Part shown: piece after piece, positions 49,051 to 62,193 of the stretch
How positions within the stretch are numbered: position 1 is the stretch's first letter
How the letters are laid out: each line of letters opens with the position of its first letter
Assembly: GCA_965112155.1 (NCBI GenBank)
Contig: OZ218110.1
Strand: one strand, 5' to 3'
Source of the DNA: Podarcis liolepis
Taxonomy: Eukaryota
DNA: 64,000 nt
Made by a program: the position numbers and the translations under genes
Notes under the pieces: model-generated
What the model saw: only the letters and a program-made list of their open reading frames with translations
Told to the model about the DNA's origin: nothing
The model's database searches: none

Positions 49051-49713
49051 CTTATCACAGCTCATTGGCCACTCATTCATGACATTCTACAAGCCTCACT
49101 AGGTCCAATGAGCACCAATTGCCACCAACAGAGCCTGTTATATTAACAGCAGCGGCATTTACAGGGTACCCTGTTAAAGGGGTCTTGAGGGGGAAGTCTC
49201 TGTCCATATAGAGCCAGAAGTGGTTGGCCAGCGGGCCATAGAGGCCCCCCCCCCAACGTTTGGGTTTCCCCATCTCTGAACTGCCCTGAGATCTCTGGGT
49301 ATAGAGCGGTATATAAAGGAGGAGGAGGAGGAGGTGTGTTTTGCTATGGACCCTAAGGATCCCTGGGGGCAGGGACTTTGTGGCTGGGCATGCAACTAGT
49401 CCTCCAACCTCAGCCATAGACACTGTTGGTTAATGGAGTCAAAGGCAAACGAGAGTGAGACCAATTAATACAGCACCCAGGGTTTTGTTTGTTTGTTGCT
49501 AACATACTTTTGAATAAGATAAGGAAAAACAACACATTGATCTAATGTGTTGTATCTACTGTGGAAACCAGCTACAGATAGGACCTGCCTCTCTTTGATC
49601 CACACATAATATAGTTTTGAATATAACAGGCTCTGTCAGTGGCAGTTGGTGCTCACTGGACCTAGTGAGACTTGTAAAATGTCATGAACAAGTGGTCAAT
49701 GAGCTGTGATAAG
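49051..49713. repeat. 94-bp inverted repeat pair with 475-bp spacer
   Basis: 49051-49144 versus the reverse complement of 49620-49713: ungapped, about 9 mismatches. Confidence 0.9.
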
Positions 49714-50520
49714 CTGCGTCGGCCTGATTATAAGTCCAGGGAGTAGACCTGAGTGAAGCCTGCAAAAGCTCCATCCCCCAGGCCACCCTGGATTGGCAAG
49801 ATGCTCCGCGGTAGCCGGGGAGGAACCCAACAGTCAGGGCAACATGGCGAGCCTCCAAGGCTTAGGGAAGCACTGTGGTGGGCTGCAACCGCCACTCACC
49901 GTGGAAGAAGGGTAAGTGGCCATTGTCACTTCACTGGGTAAATGTTATACTCTAGCTCTCCTCTGATCCTTGCACTAAAATTTTGCATGGACTTGTGGAC
50001 TTCCTTACAGATTCAATAGTTTTCCCAAGGGGTGTAAAACAAGATTGATTTTGTGTCCCACTCTTGTATAATTTCTACATAAATACTTCTTTTCCCTACT
50101 GTCAATGTAGAAGCAGTAACTTTCAACAATGTTTTCAGATCAGCTTTGCTGGACTCTTGGGAGTAAGATCTCAAGATGACAAATAAGACTTAAAAGAATG
50201 ATCGTTCCCATGTCTACCGTTGCTAATTTAGTGACTATTATCCTCACATATGCAGTCTATTTAAAGGCGGGGAAAACGGTTACATGTCCTGTGGCAAGTG
50301 CTGCAAGAAGGCCGAAAGAGCTTGGTTGAGAAGATGCATGGATTCTGACATCTTTATCATATTGTCCCCTAAAGTAGCTGGAAAGGAAATTGAATCTTAT
50401 CATTAAAGGTATTTTAAAACGATTTAAGGTGGTTTGGTAGTTTCCTTCTACTCTGATGTAATCTAGATGTGTCTATCAGCATTTTATTTTCTTCTCATCT
50501 TTCAATTTTAAAGGAGTCTT

Positions 50521-50877
50521 AAAGGTAAAGGTAAAGGGACCCCTGGCCATTAGGTCCAGTCGTGGCCAACTCCAGGGTTGCGGCGCTCATCTCACTTTAC
50601 TGGTTGAGGGAGCCGGCATACAGCTTCTGGGTCATGTAGCCTGCATGACTAAGCCGCTTCTGGCGAACCAGAGCAGCGCACGGAAACGCCGTTTACCTTC
50701 CCGCCGGAGCGGTATCTATTTATCTACTTGCACTTTGAAGTGCTTTCGAACTGCTAGGTTGGCAGGAGCAGGGACCGAGCAACGGGAGCTCACCCCACTG
50801 CAGGGATTTGAACCGCCGACCTTCTGATTGGCAAGTCCTAGGCTCTGTAGTTTAACCCACAGTGCCACCCGCATCCC
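50521..50877 (-). mobile_element. Full-length Sauria SINE
   Basis: tRNA-like head on minus (GGGATGCGGGTGGCACTGTGGGTTAAAC...GGTTCAAATCCC), (ACCTTT)n tail, TSD-like AAAGG(A/G)GTCTTA. Confidence 0.92.
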
Positions 50878-51358
50878 AAAGGGGTCTTACATACTCTTGA
50901 ATGCTGATACCAGTCCTTATTAGAGTGCTCAACTTTAAAATGAACAATGACCACCTGGTATATTAAAAAAATTCCTAATGAATGTTCCAAAGGCAAATAG
51001 ATGTAGCTGATGTAGATATATTGCATCATTCAACGGTGTGGTCCGTTTGTGATGCGTGTATGATGGAACTGGGCTGTGTTCTGTTCCAATCAGTCTGTGT
51101 GCTAGAAAAAAGATCCCGATCAAGGCCACAGCTTTCCCCCCAGTAACTGCATAATTTGCAGCAGGTCCCCCCCCCCCCCATGTCAGAAAAACAAAAGTGA
51201 TGACATTAAAATTCATGCTGACAGAACTAGATTTGTGTTACATTTCATGGGGACACAAATATACCCCAGATCATTATCACCCACTGAAGTATTAGAGACA
51301 TATATAGGCACCAACAGTACCACTACCAACCTGTGAAATTCATCAGAAGATTTTATGT

Positions 51359-51616
51359 CAGGGGTCAGCAGACTTTATCAGCAGGGTGGTGGTCCGCTCT
51401 CCCTCAGACCTTGTGGGGGGGGCGGACTATATTTTGAAAATAAATATAACAATGAATGAATTCCTATGCCCCACAAATAATCCAGAGATGCATTTTAATT
51501 AAAAGGACACATTCTACTCATGTAAAAACATGCTGATTCTCGGAATGTCCGTGGGCCGGATTTAGAAGGTGATTCAGCCGGATACGCCCCCCCAGGCCTT
51601 AGTTTACCTACCCATG
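51359..51616. mobile_element. hAT-Charlie-type non-autonomous element
   Basis: CAGGGGTCAGCAGACT...AGTTTACCTACCCATG ends; TSD TTTTATGT/TTTTATGG. Confidence 0.78.
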
Positions 51617-51733
51617 TTTTATGGCAATATAATACATTCAATTTAATATTTATCTGTAGCAGACTACATTCAAAATAGGCTGTTTCCTTAGAATTCTGTC
51701 TTATTAACAAACACATGTATACTCTGTTACTTA

Positions 51734-51992
51734 CCATATTTTTTGCTCTATAAGACTCACTTTTCCCCTCCTTAAAATTAAGGGAAAATGTGTGTGCATC
51801 TTATGGAGCGAATGCAGGCTGCGCAGCTATCACAGAAGCCAGAACAGCAAGAGGGATTGCTGCTTTCACTGTGCAGCGATCTCTCTTGCTGTTCTGGCTT
51901 CTGAGATTCAGAACATATTTTTTCTTGTTTTCCTCCTCCAAAAACTAGGTGCGTCTTGTGGTCTGGTGCGGCTTATAGAGCGAAAAATACGG
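51734..51992. mobile_element. Tc2-type MITE with internal ~70-bp hairpin
   Basis: Ends homologous to the 9192-10511 element, TA TSD, hairpin at 51833-51903. Confidence 0.88.
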
Positions 51993-52062
51993 TAGTTCTG
52001 AAAAACCAGGAGCACCTATAACTGAGGATAGCAGTATGTTATAGTTTCCAATTTCAATACCT

Positions 52063-52065
<3 letters not shown>

Positions 52066-52111
<46 letters not shown>
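52066..52111. repeat. (AT)n microsatellite
   Basis: Pure AT run. Confidence 0.97.
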
Positions 52112-52115
<4 letters not shown>

Positions 52116-52346
52116 AAGATTAGGTAGTGGACTAGTCATGTAGATGTAGACAGTATTTTGCAAGATAGACATATAGAAGAACCCTAATTCAGTGGTATAC
52201 AAAGTGCTTTGTATGCAAGATCTCCCCATTTGACAGATGGTTTCAGGTTTGGGAGCTGCCAGTCCAACACTGTCTTCTTCAAGTGATATCTAAATGCCAT
52301 ATAAAACATATGTTTAACATCATGATTATCTCTTCAAAGATTACTA

Positions 52347-52587
52347 TAGTGGTACCTCGGGTTACATATGCTTCAGGTTACATACGCTTCTGGTTACAGA
52401 CTCTGCTAACCCTGAAATATTACCTCAGGTTAAGAACTTTGCTTCAGGATGAGAACAGAAATCGTGCAGCAGCGGTGCAGGAGCAGCAGGAGCCCCATTA
52501 GCTAAAGTGCTGCTTCAGGTTAAGAACAGTTTCAGGTTAAGAACCGACCTCCAGAACGAATTAGGTTCTTAACCTGAGATACCACTG
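52347..52587. mobile_element. Tigger/pogo-type MITE
   Basis: AGTGGTACCTC...GAGATACCACTG TIRs, TA TSD. Confidence 0.87.
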
Positions 52588-53139
52588 TATAGCAGATGAG
52601 GGTTTGAATTAGGCCACAAGAGATGGGACAGCTCTACAAGTGACATTAATAGCAGCTTCCTTTGTGGGGCAAAGCAACTAAAGGAAGTAGTTAAAAAAAC
52701 CCCAGATAGCTTCATGTTACTGCAAGATTACTTAGAGTCCCCCAAACATGCAGACTGAGCAGAAATAGAAAATATTAGTTAATATATAAAGTTTGGAGTG
52801 AAATCAGTGTTTGAGATACTTTAGATACTTTATATAATAACAGATATGCAAGCTTCAATTTACAAATGGGCTATTTTGGCATAATCTTTAATCTCAATTG
52901 TTTTTACACTACTTGATTAGCAAAAGAATGGGGAATATATAATTAAATTTCAGGAAGCATTTTTTTAAAAAATGTTCTATATTCTGATTTTAATCTGTTG
53001 GGATCAGCCCAGAGTGGCTGGGGAAACTTAGCCCAATGGATGGGGTATAATAAATAAATGATATGATTAGCTCATTAATCATTATTAACATGTTTTAGCT
53101 TCTTCCTCCAACAGAGAGAATGCAAATACTGAAGAAAAA

Positions 53140-54075
53140 ATGAGCAATCTTACTTCCATGTCAACGTTTCTGCTGTGGGAATTCTCAGATTTCCGAGAAC
53201 TACAGATCTTATACTTCTTTCTGTTCTTAGGATTGTACTTGACCACCATGGCTGGAAATCTTCTCATTATTGCTGCAATAGTGCTAGACCATCACCTCCA
53301 TACACCAATGTACTTTTTCCTAACTAATTTGGCAATGATGGACATGGGCTCTGCTTCTGTCATGATGCCCAAATCATTAGCCAATTCCATCATGAACAGC
53401 AGATCTATTTCTTACTCTGGGTGTGTGGCCCAGGTTTTCTTCTATATGTTCTTTGTAGCAGCAGATTTTGCCATTCTAACAGTAATGGCACATGATCGCT
53501 ATGTTGCCATCTGCAACCCGTTACAGTATGAGACAATTATGCACAAAGGAGCTTGTATTCAGATGACCCTCATTGTGTTAATTGCTAGTCTTCTTCATGC
53601 CATGTTACATACTTGTAGCACTTTTGCAATCACCTTCTGTTCAAATGACGTCCATCAGTTCTTCTGTGAAATTCCAACATTACTGAAGCTCTCCTGCTCT
53701 AATATCTACCTTGTCGAAGTAGGGGTTATTGTGTTAGGGTGTTGCCTGGGACTAGGATGCTTCATGTTCATTATCATAACATACATGCAGCTATTTGCTA
53801 CAGTGCGCAGAATTCCTTCAGTACATGGTCAGAAAAAAGCCCTCTCCACTTGCCTTCCCCACCTCACTGTTGTCTCTTTGTTTATGGGCACTGCACTCTT
53901 TGCCTATGCAAAGCCTCCCACTAATGCTTCTTCTGATCTGGATATAGCTTTTGCTGTGATCTATACTGTAATTCCTCCTATGTTGAATCCATTCATCTAT
54001 AGCATGAGAAACAAAGAAATCAAGACTGCTTTGTGGAAACTCTTAGATTTTGGGCATTCTTCTAAAAATAGATAA
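53140..54075 (+). CDS. Olfactory receptor, OR14-like, 311 aa
   Basis: LHTPMYFFL, MAHDRYVAICNPLQY, HQFFCEIP, KALSTCLPH, PPMLNPFIYS. Confidence 0.96.
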   Translation: MSNLTSMSTFLLWEFSDFRELQILYFFLFLGLYLTTMAGNLLIIAAIVLDHHLHTPMYFFLTNLAMMDMGSASVMMPKSLANSIMNSRSISYSGCVAQVFFYMFFVAADFAILTVMAHDRYVAICNPLQYETIMHKGACIQMTLIVLIASLLHAMLHTCSTFAITFCSNDVHQFFCEIPTLLKLSCSNIYLVEVGVIVLGCCLGLGCFMFIIITYMQLFATVRRIPSVHGQKKALSTCLPHLTVVSLFMGTALFAYAKPPTNASSDLDIAFAVIYTVIPPMLNPFIYSMRNKEIKTALWKLLDFGHSSKNR

Positions 54076-54107
54076 ATATATATATATTTCTATAAAACGA
54101 CATCTGC

Positions 54108-54250
54108 AATTCTTCCTGTGAATGGTTGGCCTTGCAATGCCATTGTTCTTTGACCCTCTCACCTTATTATTCATGGAATTCTTCCTGTGAATGGTTGGCC
54201 TTGTAATGCCATTGTTCTTTGACCCTCTCACCTTATTATTCATGGAATTC
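54108..54250 (+). repeat. 69-bp tandem duplication just 3' of the OR stop
   Basis: 54108-54176 and 54177-54245, one mismatch, bounded by AATTC microhomology. Confidence 0.95.
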
Positions 54251-55493
54251 ATCCATTTGTTTTTCATCGCCCACTTTTAAAATTGTATCTTTCATCTGCA
54301 ACTGTTTCAATGATCAGATCTAATTCACCACGTGTCTTCTTAGACGTAATACCTAAAGGAGAGACATTAAGAGTGGGGCAGGGTGGGAAATCAGGAGGGC
54401 TCAGAACCCTCCCCTTCCTATTTCTATTTTCCAATGCAACTGATTTTAAATTATAGATCTGGTTTACTGATCAGTAACAGTGGATGAGTAGGAAAATTCC
54501 AGCCTGATGTTTACACAAGTCCGTGTTGTTATGGTGTTTTAAATTTCATGGTATATATTGTTGTACACCATCCTATGATAATATATGAATTGGTGGTATA
54601 TACCTTTGATATTAAAAACAAATAAACCAGATTTGTGAGAATATCAAGACAGTCGGTGGCTCATAGACAGCAAGACAGTTGTGTGGGTATGGACCTGAGT
54701 AGTCCAAATAGATGGTACTTAGGAAAAAATTGTTTCAAATGTGCAGCCAGTGTTCATGTCTTCCCTAGGTTGATTGTATTGGCTCCTCCGTAACTCTCTC
54801 AAGGTGGTGAGGACAATGGGGTCAGGTCAATGTGCGCACAGAGCAGTAAGACAGGATAGCAAGTCTTTCAATACTGGGGCATGACTGATGCTATGGCTGG
54901 TCATGGCTGTAGCCAATGCCCATCCAACCAGCAAAGGAACTCCCCAAGACCAGGGCCCTTACTGGCCCATTTGAACCTGGCTTTTGACTGGGAGGTAACA
55001 CCCCCATGGTTGCAATGACAGGGGAATTCCCCACTGGCCAGAGACCAGGCAGGTCTGGCCGGCCAGGAAGGAGGCAGAGGGTTAGGGTCTGCAACAGATG
55101 CCCACCAGGGAAGTGGTGAGCATCCATTATAGTAATCATATTCAGGCCTGGAATACAATACAGCAAGTCACTATTTGCTATCAGCAATTCTTAAGAAGGC
55201 CTGGAGGTACACCAAATGGGTTTTAGATATTTTGATCTTTTGAATTCATAGACATATCTCTTTAGTATTTCACTGTAAAACTCTCTTGTTAGACATAACA
55301 CACAATTCCAATTCTAGCCAAAGTTTATTGATGGTCCAAGTTAAAGGTTATATATGTATACTGGAACTGCTGAATAGTTTTGATTTTCCTTATGAGGTTT
55401 AGGTACCTGATCCCCTTAGGACAGCCAAGGGTTGATCTACAGTTTTGGGGATGTGAAAAACTTCCCTGTATCCACAAATTTAGAAACAAAGTA

Positions 55494-55710
55494 CAGTGGT
55501 ACCTCGGGTTACATATGCTTCAGGTTACAGACTCCGCTAACCCAGAAATAGTATCTCAGGTTAAGAACTTTGCTTCAGGATGAGAACAGAACTGCTTCAG
55601 CAGCGCAGCGAGAGGCTTCATTAGCTAAAGTGGTGCTTCAGGTTAAGAACAGTTTCAGGTTAAGAACAGACCTCTGGAACGAATTAAATACTTAACCCGA
55701 GGTACCACTG
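55494..55710. mobile_element. Tigger/pogo-type MITE
   Basis: Perfect TIR CAGTGGTACCTCGGGTTA / TAACCCGAGGTACCACTG, TA TSD. Confidence 0.9.
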
Positions 55711-56282
55711 TATACAATTTTATTAGTTACATGCAACATTCTACATCATGGCAATCAGCATTAAATAATTGTAAAAGGAATACATTTGCATCCATAATTA
55801 ATTATTAGCTAATTAATACAATTTGTATCTCAACCTACATCACTGGAACAAAAACATACATCATGCCTTTCAACCATTAAACTTTTGGGGGGGCGGGTAG
55901 TTGAGGTGTGCTTTGTCCAGGGCTTCTTTCCCCCAGCCAGAATTGAGTTCTGTCCCCTCTCAGGTCAGCGTCTTTGCCATTATAAGAGAACAAGGTGAGT
56001 TCATGATGCATTCCAGCCCCTTGTTATCTAGAAAAATAGCACTACCTTTGCCTCTTACTTCCAGATGTGAAACAAAAGAAAAAGGCATGTTATAGGGTGG
56101 GGAACCTATGGACAGTCATATGTTGTTGGATTCTATGCCCCAGATAGCATGACCTATGGATAGGAATCATGAGAACTGTACTCCAGAACATCTAGAGAGC
56201 ACAGGTTCATCACTTCTGTTCTAGAGAGACAAATAGCTTAGGAAAGAGAAAGAATCAGTCTCACAGGAAAACTGTAGCAAAC

Positions 56283-56717
56283 TGTTATGGCTTGGTCTCT
56301 CCCACAAATGTGAGACGACTCTGCCTGTTAATTATTTCAGATTTATTGCTAAAACAACAAACTAGGATGGAGCTCCTATACTCATCATCCTCCCCAGAGG
56401 ATGGAGTTGCCCGGACTGAGCTCATCCCCGTTCCCCAGCACGGAAGCCCCCACCTTCTCTTCCGGTAACTTTTGCACGTCTTGGCCACTTTTGAGATCCT
56501 ACGAGATTTGGGAGAGAATGTTTCCTGCATTCCAACTTCTGGCTCACTATTGGAACTCCTACACAGCTGCCTGTCACTTTGGCCCTGTTTTTCTCCTCCC
56601 CTTTGTTCCGAGCTCAGATTACAGCTGCTCTCCCCCTCCTCTCTGACTTCCCCTGCTAACTGTTCTCTCCTTATGCCTGCTTCTGATCCTCCTGGCAGCA
56701 CCTGAGCTTCGCTGACA
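56283..56717 (-). mobile_element. Solo LTR (435 bp)
   Basis: TGT...ACA termini, 5-bp TSD CAAAC (56278-56282, 56718-56722), AATAAA on the minus strand at ~56342-56347. Confidence 0.82.
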
Positions 56718-57299
56718 CAAACTCTGGGATAGTCTATGGGATAAGCAGAAATATATCACTGCAAATGAAACACTTGAACTTTGCAAGATAATATTTAATA
56801 CACATAACACATTCATGTGTTCCATTGAACTAAAAATTCAGTTCCATTGAACTGAAAATTCTTAGAAAACTGGTTTCATGGCTGTGACCAAAAAGATGAT
56901 GCATTTAAGTTTCCTTCCTGGCAGTAAGCGGGGGGGGGGGGGGAGGAGAATCCAGAAACAACTTTCAAATCACAAAGCAGTTTCAGAAAAGGTTGCAAAA
57001 CAATATATCCACCAGATGGTGGCCAAAGCAGGGTGGTCATATATGGTGCAGATCAGTGGCAGAGTGTATGCTTTGTAGGCAAAAAGTAAATAAAATGCTG
57101 AATTTCTGGAACCTTGGGTGAAAAGATCCTAAAAGTCAGGTTAGTCAGTTCCGAGAGAAAAAAAAATTTGGAGAGCTTTAGGGAAGACCTGCAAATGGGA
57201 AAATGCCAAGGGTGAATTTCCCAGAGGTATACTAGTGCATATGCATCCAAAAGGTACTGCACAGCAGAATATGACTGAACACAAATACATTTGAGTATG

Positions 57300-58201
57300 T
57301 CATGCTTTTCTTCTTATTATCTGTTCCCTGTTATTCAGCTCAGGCTTCAACACAATGATGTAACATTTGGGGGCAAATATGCACCCCAGCAACCCAGCAC
57401 TAGAGGCTAAAATAGAAAAGATCTCCACAGCTACCATGTACTTTCCCTTGGAGCTCAGATAGGATGGGATAAAGGATAACCAAACACTGCAAAAGACCAA
57501 CATGCTGAAGGTGATGAATTTGGCTTCGTTGAAACTGTCAGGTAACTTTCTAGCAAGGAAAGCCACACTGAAGCTGATAATGGCAAGAAAGCCCATATAG
57601 CCTAAAACACAGTAGAAGAAAGTCAGAGATCCCTCATTGCACTCCAATATAAGTTCTTCTCTTACTGAATGAATGTCAACATCTGGGAATGGGGGAGAAG
57701 TTACCAACCACACAAAGCAAATGCCTGCTTGGATGAATGAGCAGGAAAGAACAATGGAGTTCGCTAATGACTTCCCCACCCAGTTCCTCATGCTGGATCC
57801 TGGTCTGGTGGCCATGAAAGCCAGGACCACTGTGGTGGTTTTGGCCAACACACAAGAAACAGCTACTGAGAATATGATTCCAAAAGCAGTTTGTCGGAGA
57901 AGACATGTCACCTTCTGTGGCTGGCCAATGAATAGCAATGAACAAAGGAAGCAGAGCAAGAGGGAGACAAGGAGAGTGTAGGTGAGGCCCCGGTTGTTGG
58001 CTTTGACAATGGGAGTGCTGCGGTGCTTCAGAAATGCTGCTAGCACCAGAGCTGTGATCAAGGAAGAGAAAAGGGCAAAAAGGGCTAAAGCGACCCCCAG
58101 TGGTTCTTTGAAAGACAAGAAGGAAGCCAGTCTGGGAACACAGGAATCTTGGTTCTTGCTTGGATAGCTTACGTCACTGCATTTGGAACAGTCATTCATA
58201 T
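57300..58201 (-). CDS. V2R-2 exon 6 (7TM)
   Basis: DMNDCSKC...TPIVKANN...[18 protein letters not shown]...; 902 nt. Confidence 0.93.
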
Positions 58202-58529
58202 CTGAAAAGGGAAAGATAGGCGCTTTATGCTGCCATCTCTGCTAGTTCAAGGCAACTGGAGGAATACCAAATGGATACAATGCAAAGTAATGGTTATGTA
58301 CCTTTTTATGTTCATCTGGTAACAGTCTAATGTTTAAGGAGAAGGTGGGGGAAGGTGAGATTTACATCCTTTGGAGCAATAAACTCATAGCCTGCATCTG
58401 CTGCATTGTCGCTTGCTTCTGCTTCCTGGTGCTCTATCTTTGGTGTATCTATCTGTTGTTGTATCTATCTTTGTATCTATCTGTTGTTTATCAAGAAGGA
58501 TTGACATCATTTGGCAATATATTTCTTAC

Positions 58530-58656
58530 CGTGTTGGATGGAAATCTTCCCTTCTGGACATGGGATGCAATCGTAACAGCAAAATGGATCCCCCTCCTTC
58601 ACTTTCTTGCTAAAACCAGGACGACAACTTTCACTACATACAGAATGAGGCTTTGT
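58530..58656 (-). CDS. V2R-2 exon 5 (cysteine-rich)
   Basis: TKPHSVCSESCRPGFSKKVKEGDPFCCYDCIPCPEGKISIQH; 127 nt. Confidence 0.92.
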
Positions 58657-58786
58657 CTAATCCACAAATGAAAGAAAACCATGTAAGTATGAAAGAACGA
58701 AAGAAGAAACAAATATGGCTAAAGGTGATACCACTTTCATTTTACTCTGGCCATGCCAACTGAAATTACTAGCAATTGGCTCCTAC

Positions 58787-59014
58787 CTGATTAAACCAGC
58801 TGTGCCACGTTATGGCACTCTCATTGATGCTGAATACATTGCCCAGAAGACCTTGGGGGTCCACCTGTCCAACTTTCACTCTATGGAAGGATTGGTTTGA
58901 AGAAAAAATCCAGTTGAAAATGTCAAATCCAGCTACTAACTCCCCATTCTGGTCAAAGGAAACCTGGTCACCAGCACTGTTGTTAAAGGAGACTCTTCTC
59001 AGAAAGTGATGGGA
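58787..59014 (-). CDS. V2R-2 exon 4
   Basis: SHHFLRRVSFNNSAG...GFDIFNW...WHSWFNQ; 228 nt. Confidence 0.92.
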
Positions 59015-59510
59015 CTAGAATGCAAAGGGAAATGTAAGAGTGTAGGGCATGATGCATTTTAACAGTAGTGCATTGAATCTTTTAGATGGAGTTATAAAAA
59101 CGCTTTCCCTGAATGAAGAGATGTCCCCCTTCCCTCAAATTGCAGTATAGCAATAAGCAAATGAGAAAAGTTTTCATACATTCAAAGTTTACTTTTGAGA
59201 AGCTTCATTGAAATATTTTTAGTTATTCCTGACTGGTAGCCTCCTTAAAATACACCCAGAAACAAATGGATTCTCATGTTATTATTTTTTTAAACAACAG
59301 TTTTCTGAGTATATAATTGTTTAAAAGGGAAGATAATATCTTGGTGTCAATATAGTTAGATACAGACAGCATTTTCCCTACTTCATAGGGAAATGAAGTA
59401 ATGGGAAATTGGGAGCCATATGCAGCTTGGGAGTCAGTTTACTCGGCATTTTGAGCCTGGTGGAATGTGTGCATAGACACTCTAGGTGCTGTACTCCTTG
59501 GGTCCATTAC

Positions 59511-60373
59511 CTGCCAGAACTGTAGATTCCAAAGCTTCTGCCCCCTTTCAGCCCCCATTGCTCTGTATGGGAGTCTAGATGAGAACATCGTTTGTAAAGC
59601 ATAGGCCACAGCATAGACAGCATTGTAAATGCTGTAGCTGTGGCCAATCATCCTTGTTTCAAAAAAGGGCCCCGGAAGACTCTCCAGTTTCTCTTCCCCA
59701 GTACAAAAATCTCCATCCAATCGCTCAGTTACTCTATTGGCAAATATACAACCAAATGCATGTTGCCAGAAGTCCAGGATAAAGCCATCTCCTTTTGCAT
59801 TCAGAGGTTTCCTATTCCCAACATAATGTTGAAATCCTGAAGGATCCTTGGAGTGAATTGAGAAGGAGAGAGCACCATGGATTATGTCTATACTCCAAGT
59901 CCTTTGATATGTAATAGATGTGAGCTCCATCTGGGCTGTCAGTATCCACACAATACCTTTTTCTTTATTTGTCACATGTTGTTGTTCTGACAGGTATGAG
60001 AACCATCTCAGAAAAACAACTGCCAATGATTCTGCATAGGCAACCACTGCATTGGCTTTACTCTCAATGATTTTATCATGTATTTTTGCCCCCTGAGTAA
60101 ACATGTTATTAATTTCAGTGACAATTGTTTGTTTGTGGCTTCTTTCTATGAAGGCAAAACAGATACCACTCTGGGAGAAAAGTGGAAATACAGTTTGGAC
60201 AAATCTATCTCCATATTCATCGTTGGAGGTAAGGATTCCAATCCATATCCACTTGAAATGCAGAAGCAAAGAGAGAATCCCTGCGTACTGAATGGCTTCC
60301 TGAGGTGTCATCTGGTAAAAAGAAAGGCCTGGGGTTTTGTCATTCATCACTGGAGCAGGGCTATATATATGAG
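59511..60373 (-). CDS. V2R-2 exon 3 (frameshift near 60362-60370)
   Basis: VMNDKTPGLSFYQM...YSIYNAVYAVAYAL...FWQ; acceptor at 60374-60375. Confidence 0.88.
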
Positions 60374-60968
60374 CTAAAGGAGGTGTGGAGGAGAATAGAG
60401 AATGAGAGAAGTTTTTTTTTTTTTCTATTTGAAGTCTTCAAAGTAATCTACATTCATCAAATGAACAATTCTTATAACTCTCCTGGAACATTAAAATTGT
60501 ATTTTTCCCATGCAGCATTGTGGCTTCAGTGACAAGTTACTGAAAAGTAACGCAGCTACTCTGCTACTGGGGAAAATTCACTTTCCAGATGAGGTGCAGA
60601 AGAGGACCCCTCTGACTCCCACTCCCTTTCCATGACCCCTGATGAAACTGGGGTAGGACCCTTATCCAGACCACCGTCCTGATGTTCCCCTTCTGCCAAA
60701 TTGGAGGCTTCCTCCTTCTCCCCTTCAGAATAATCCTGCCAACCTCACTGTGTCCTGATTGTCTTCATGGGACCCACGATAAGTTTATTCTTTTAAAGTA
60801 CATTCTCTTAATTCAGATTTACAAATCAATTCATGTGGGCTGTAATGCTTGGCTTAGATTTGATGTTCATCTCTTTAAAAGAAAAATCTGCCTGTTTGCT
60901 CCAATGGTAAATCCTTCTGTCCCTTTCTCCCTCTGTCTGCCTCTAAAAACTGGAAGGATCTGTCCTAC

Positions 60969-61260
60969 CTGTGGAATCTTGTAAATATCCAAGACAGTTG
61001 CCATGTGCAAGGAGGTCAGTGGGTCCAGTCCTCCAATAACTGCAATGAGGTTATCCTGGATGTCACATTTGTAGTTTGGGAGATGTTTCCATGGTGTGAA
61101 TATAAGTAGCATTGTAGCATGGTAGGTCCCTTTGGCAGTAAAATAGCTGTCATAAATGCGGAAACCCAAGGTGATGTTGGGTAACAGCTGAGGGTTTTCA
61201 TTTATTTCCTTGATTGCGAATGCCAAGGTGAGAATGTGTTGGTAATTCTTTGTTACCACA
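60969..61260 (-). CDS. V2R-2 exon 2
   Basis: [32 protein letters not shown]...YKIPQ; 292 nt. Confidence 0.93.
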
Positions 61261-62193
61261 CTAGAAAGAGAGGTTTGTTCTGTATTAGAATGTCCTTCTG
61301 CACTAGGGTTAGGGCACTGGTGTCCTATAGATAACCAGATCAAACTCGTTAAGCCTTTTCAGCCATTCTCCACCCCAGCAGCGAAATAAATTGACAGGCT
61401 TAAAGCCACCATCTACTGCAGTGTGCTCTCCTTACTGTGCTGCCAAATCATGCTTGGAGCAAGGAGGTAGCTGCAAGGGCTCTTCTGATTTCAGCCAAGC
61501 AGAGCAGCACACCTGCCCTACCTCCTGTATTAGTCCAATTGTACCTATGATTGGCAAAAGCATATATTCATTTTTTTAAAAGGCTGATTCCAAGGAAGCA
61601 ACAATGCATTGCGTCTGTGGAAATACGTTAAATGAACAAACAATTTTTCCCAGCATCAGCTAAGAGGGCAGGAGACAGGAGTTTTAAATATCTCTTTCAG
61701 GTGACATCTCCCCAATGAAGAGGGGGATGTGTATGCATGTGTATTTTGTGTGTGTGCCCTTTATGAATCTGTGCATATTGTGTACAGTACATGTAAATGT
61801 TGTATACAAGAGATTTTAGAGATGTTGGCATGTGACGCTACACACAAAGGGTAGATAAGGACCTTGGCTGAACATTTCCCCTCACCTGTGTACTGCATCT
61901 TGGAAGATGATCCCCATCTTCATTACTAGAGCAATTAAATAGACAATTTATTGAAGCAACACTTGGCTTAGTGGTCCTATATGAAGATTAAATAAGCAAA
62001 CCATATAACAGTTAAATAAGCAAACCATACAAAGGTTGGAGTATTTCCACACAGCAGTTTATTGAGTGCTTGTTGCTGCAAACAATATTAGCGGGGGTTC
62101 CACAGTGGAACTTATTAAAAGTGGAACAACTGCCAAGACACATTACTCAAGTGACAGAAAGAAAGAATAATGCATTAAAAACAAACTCCTTAC

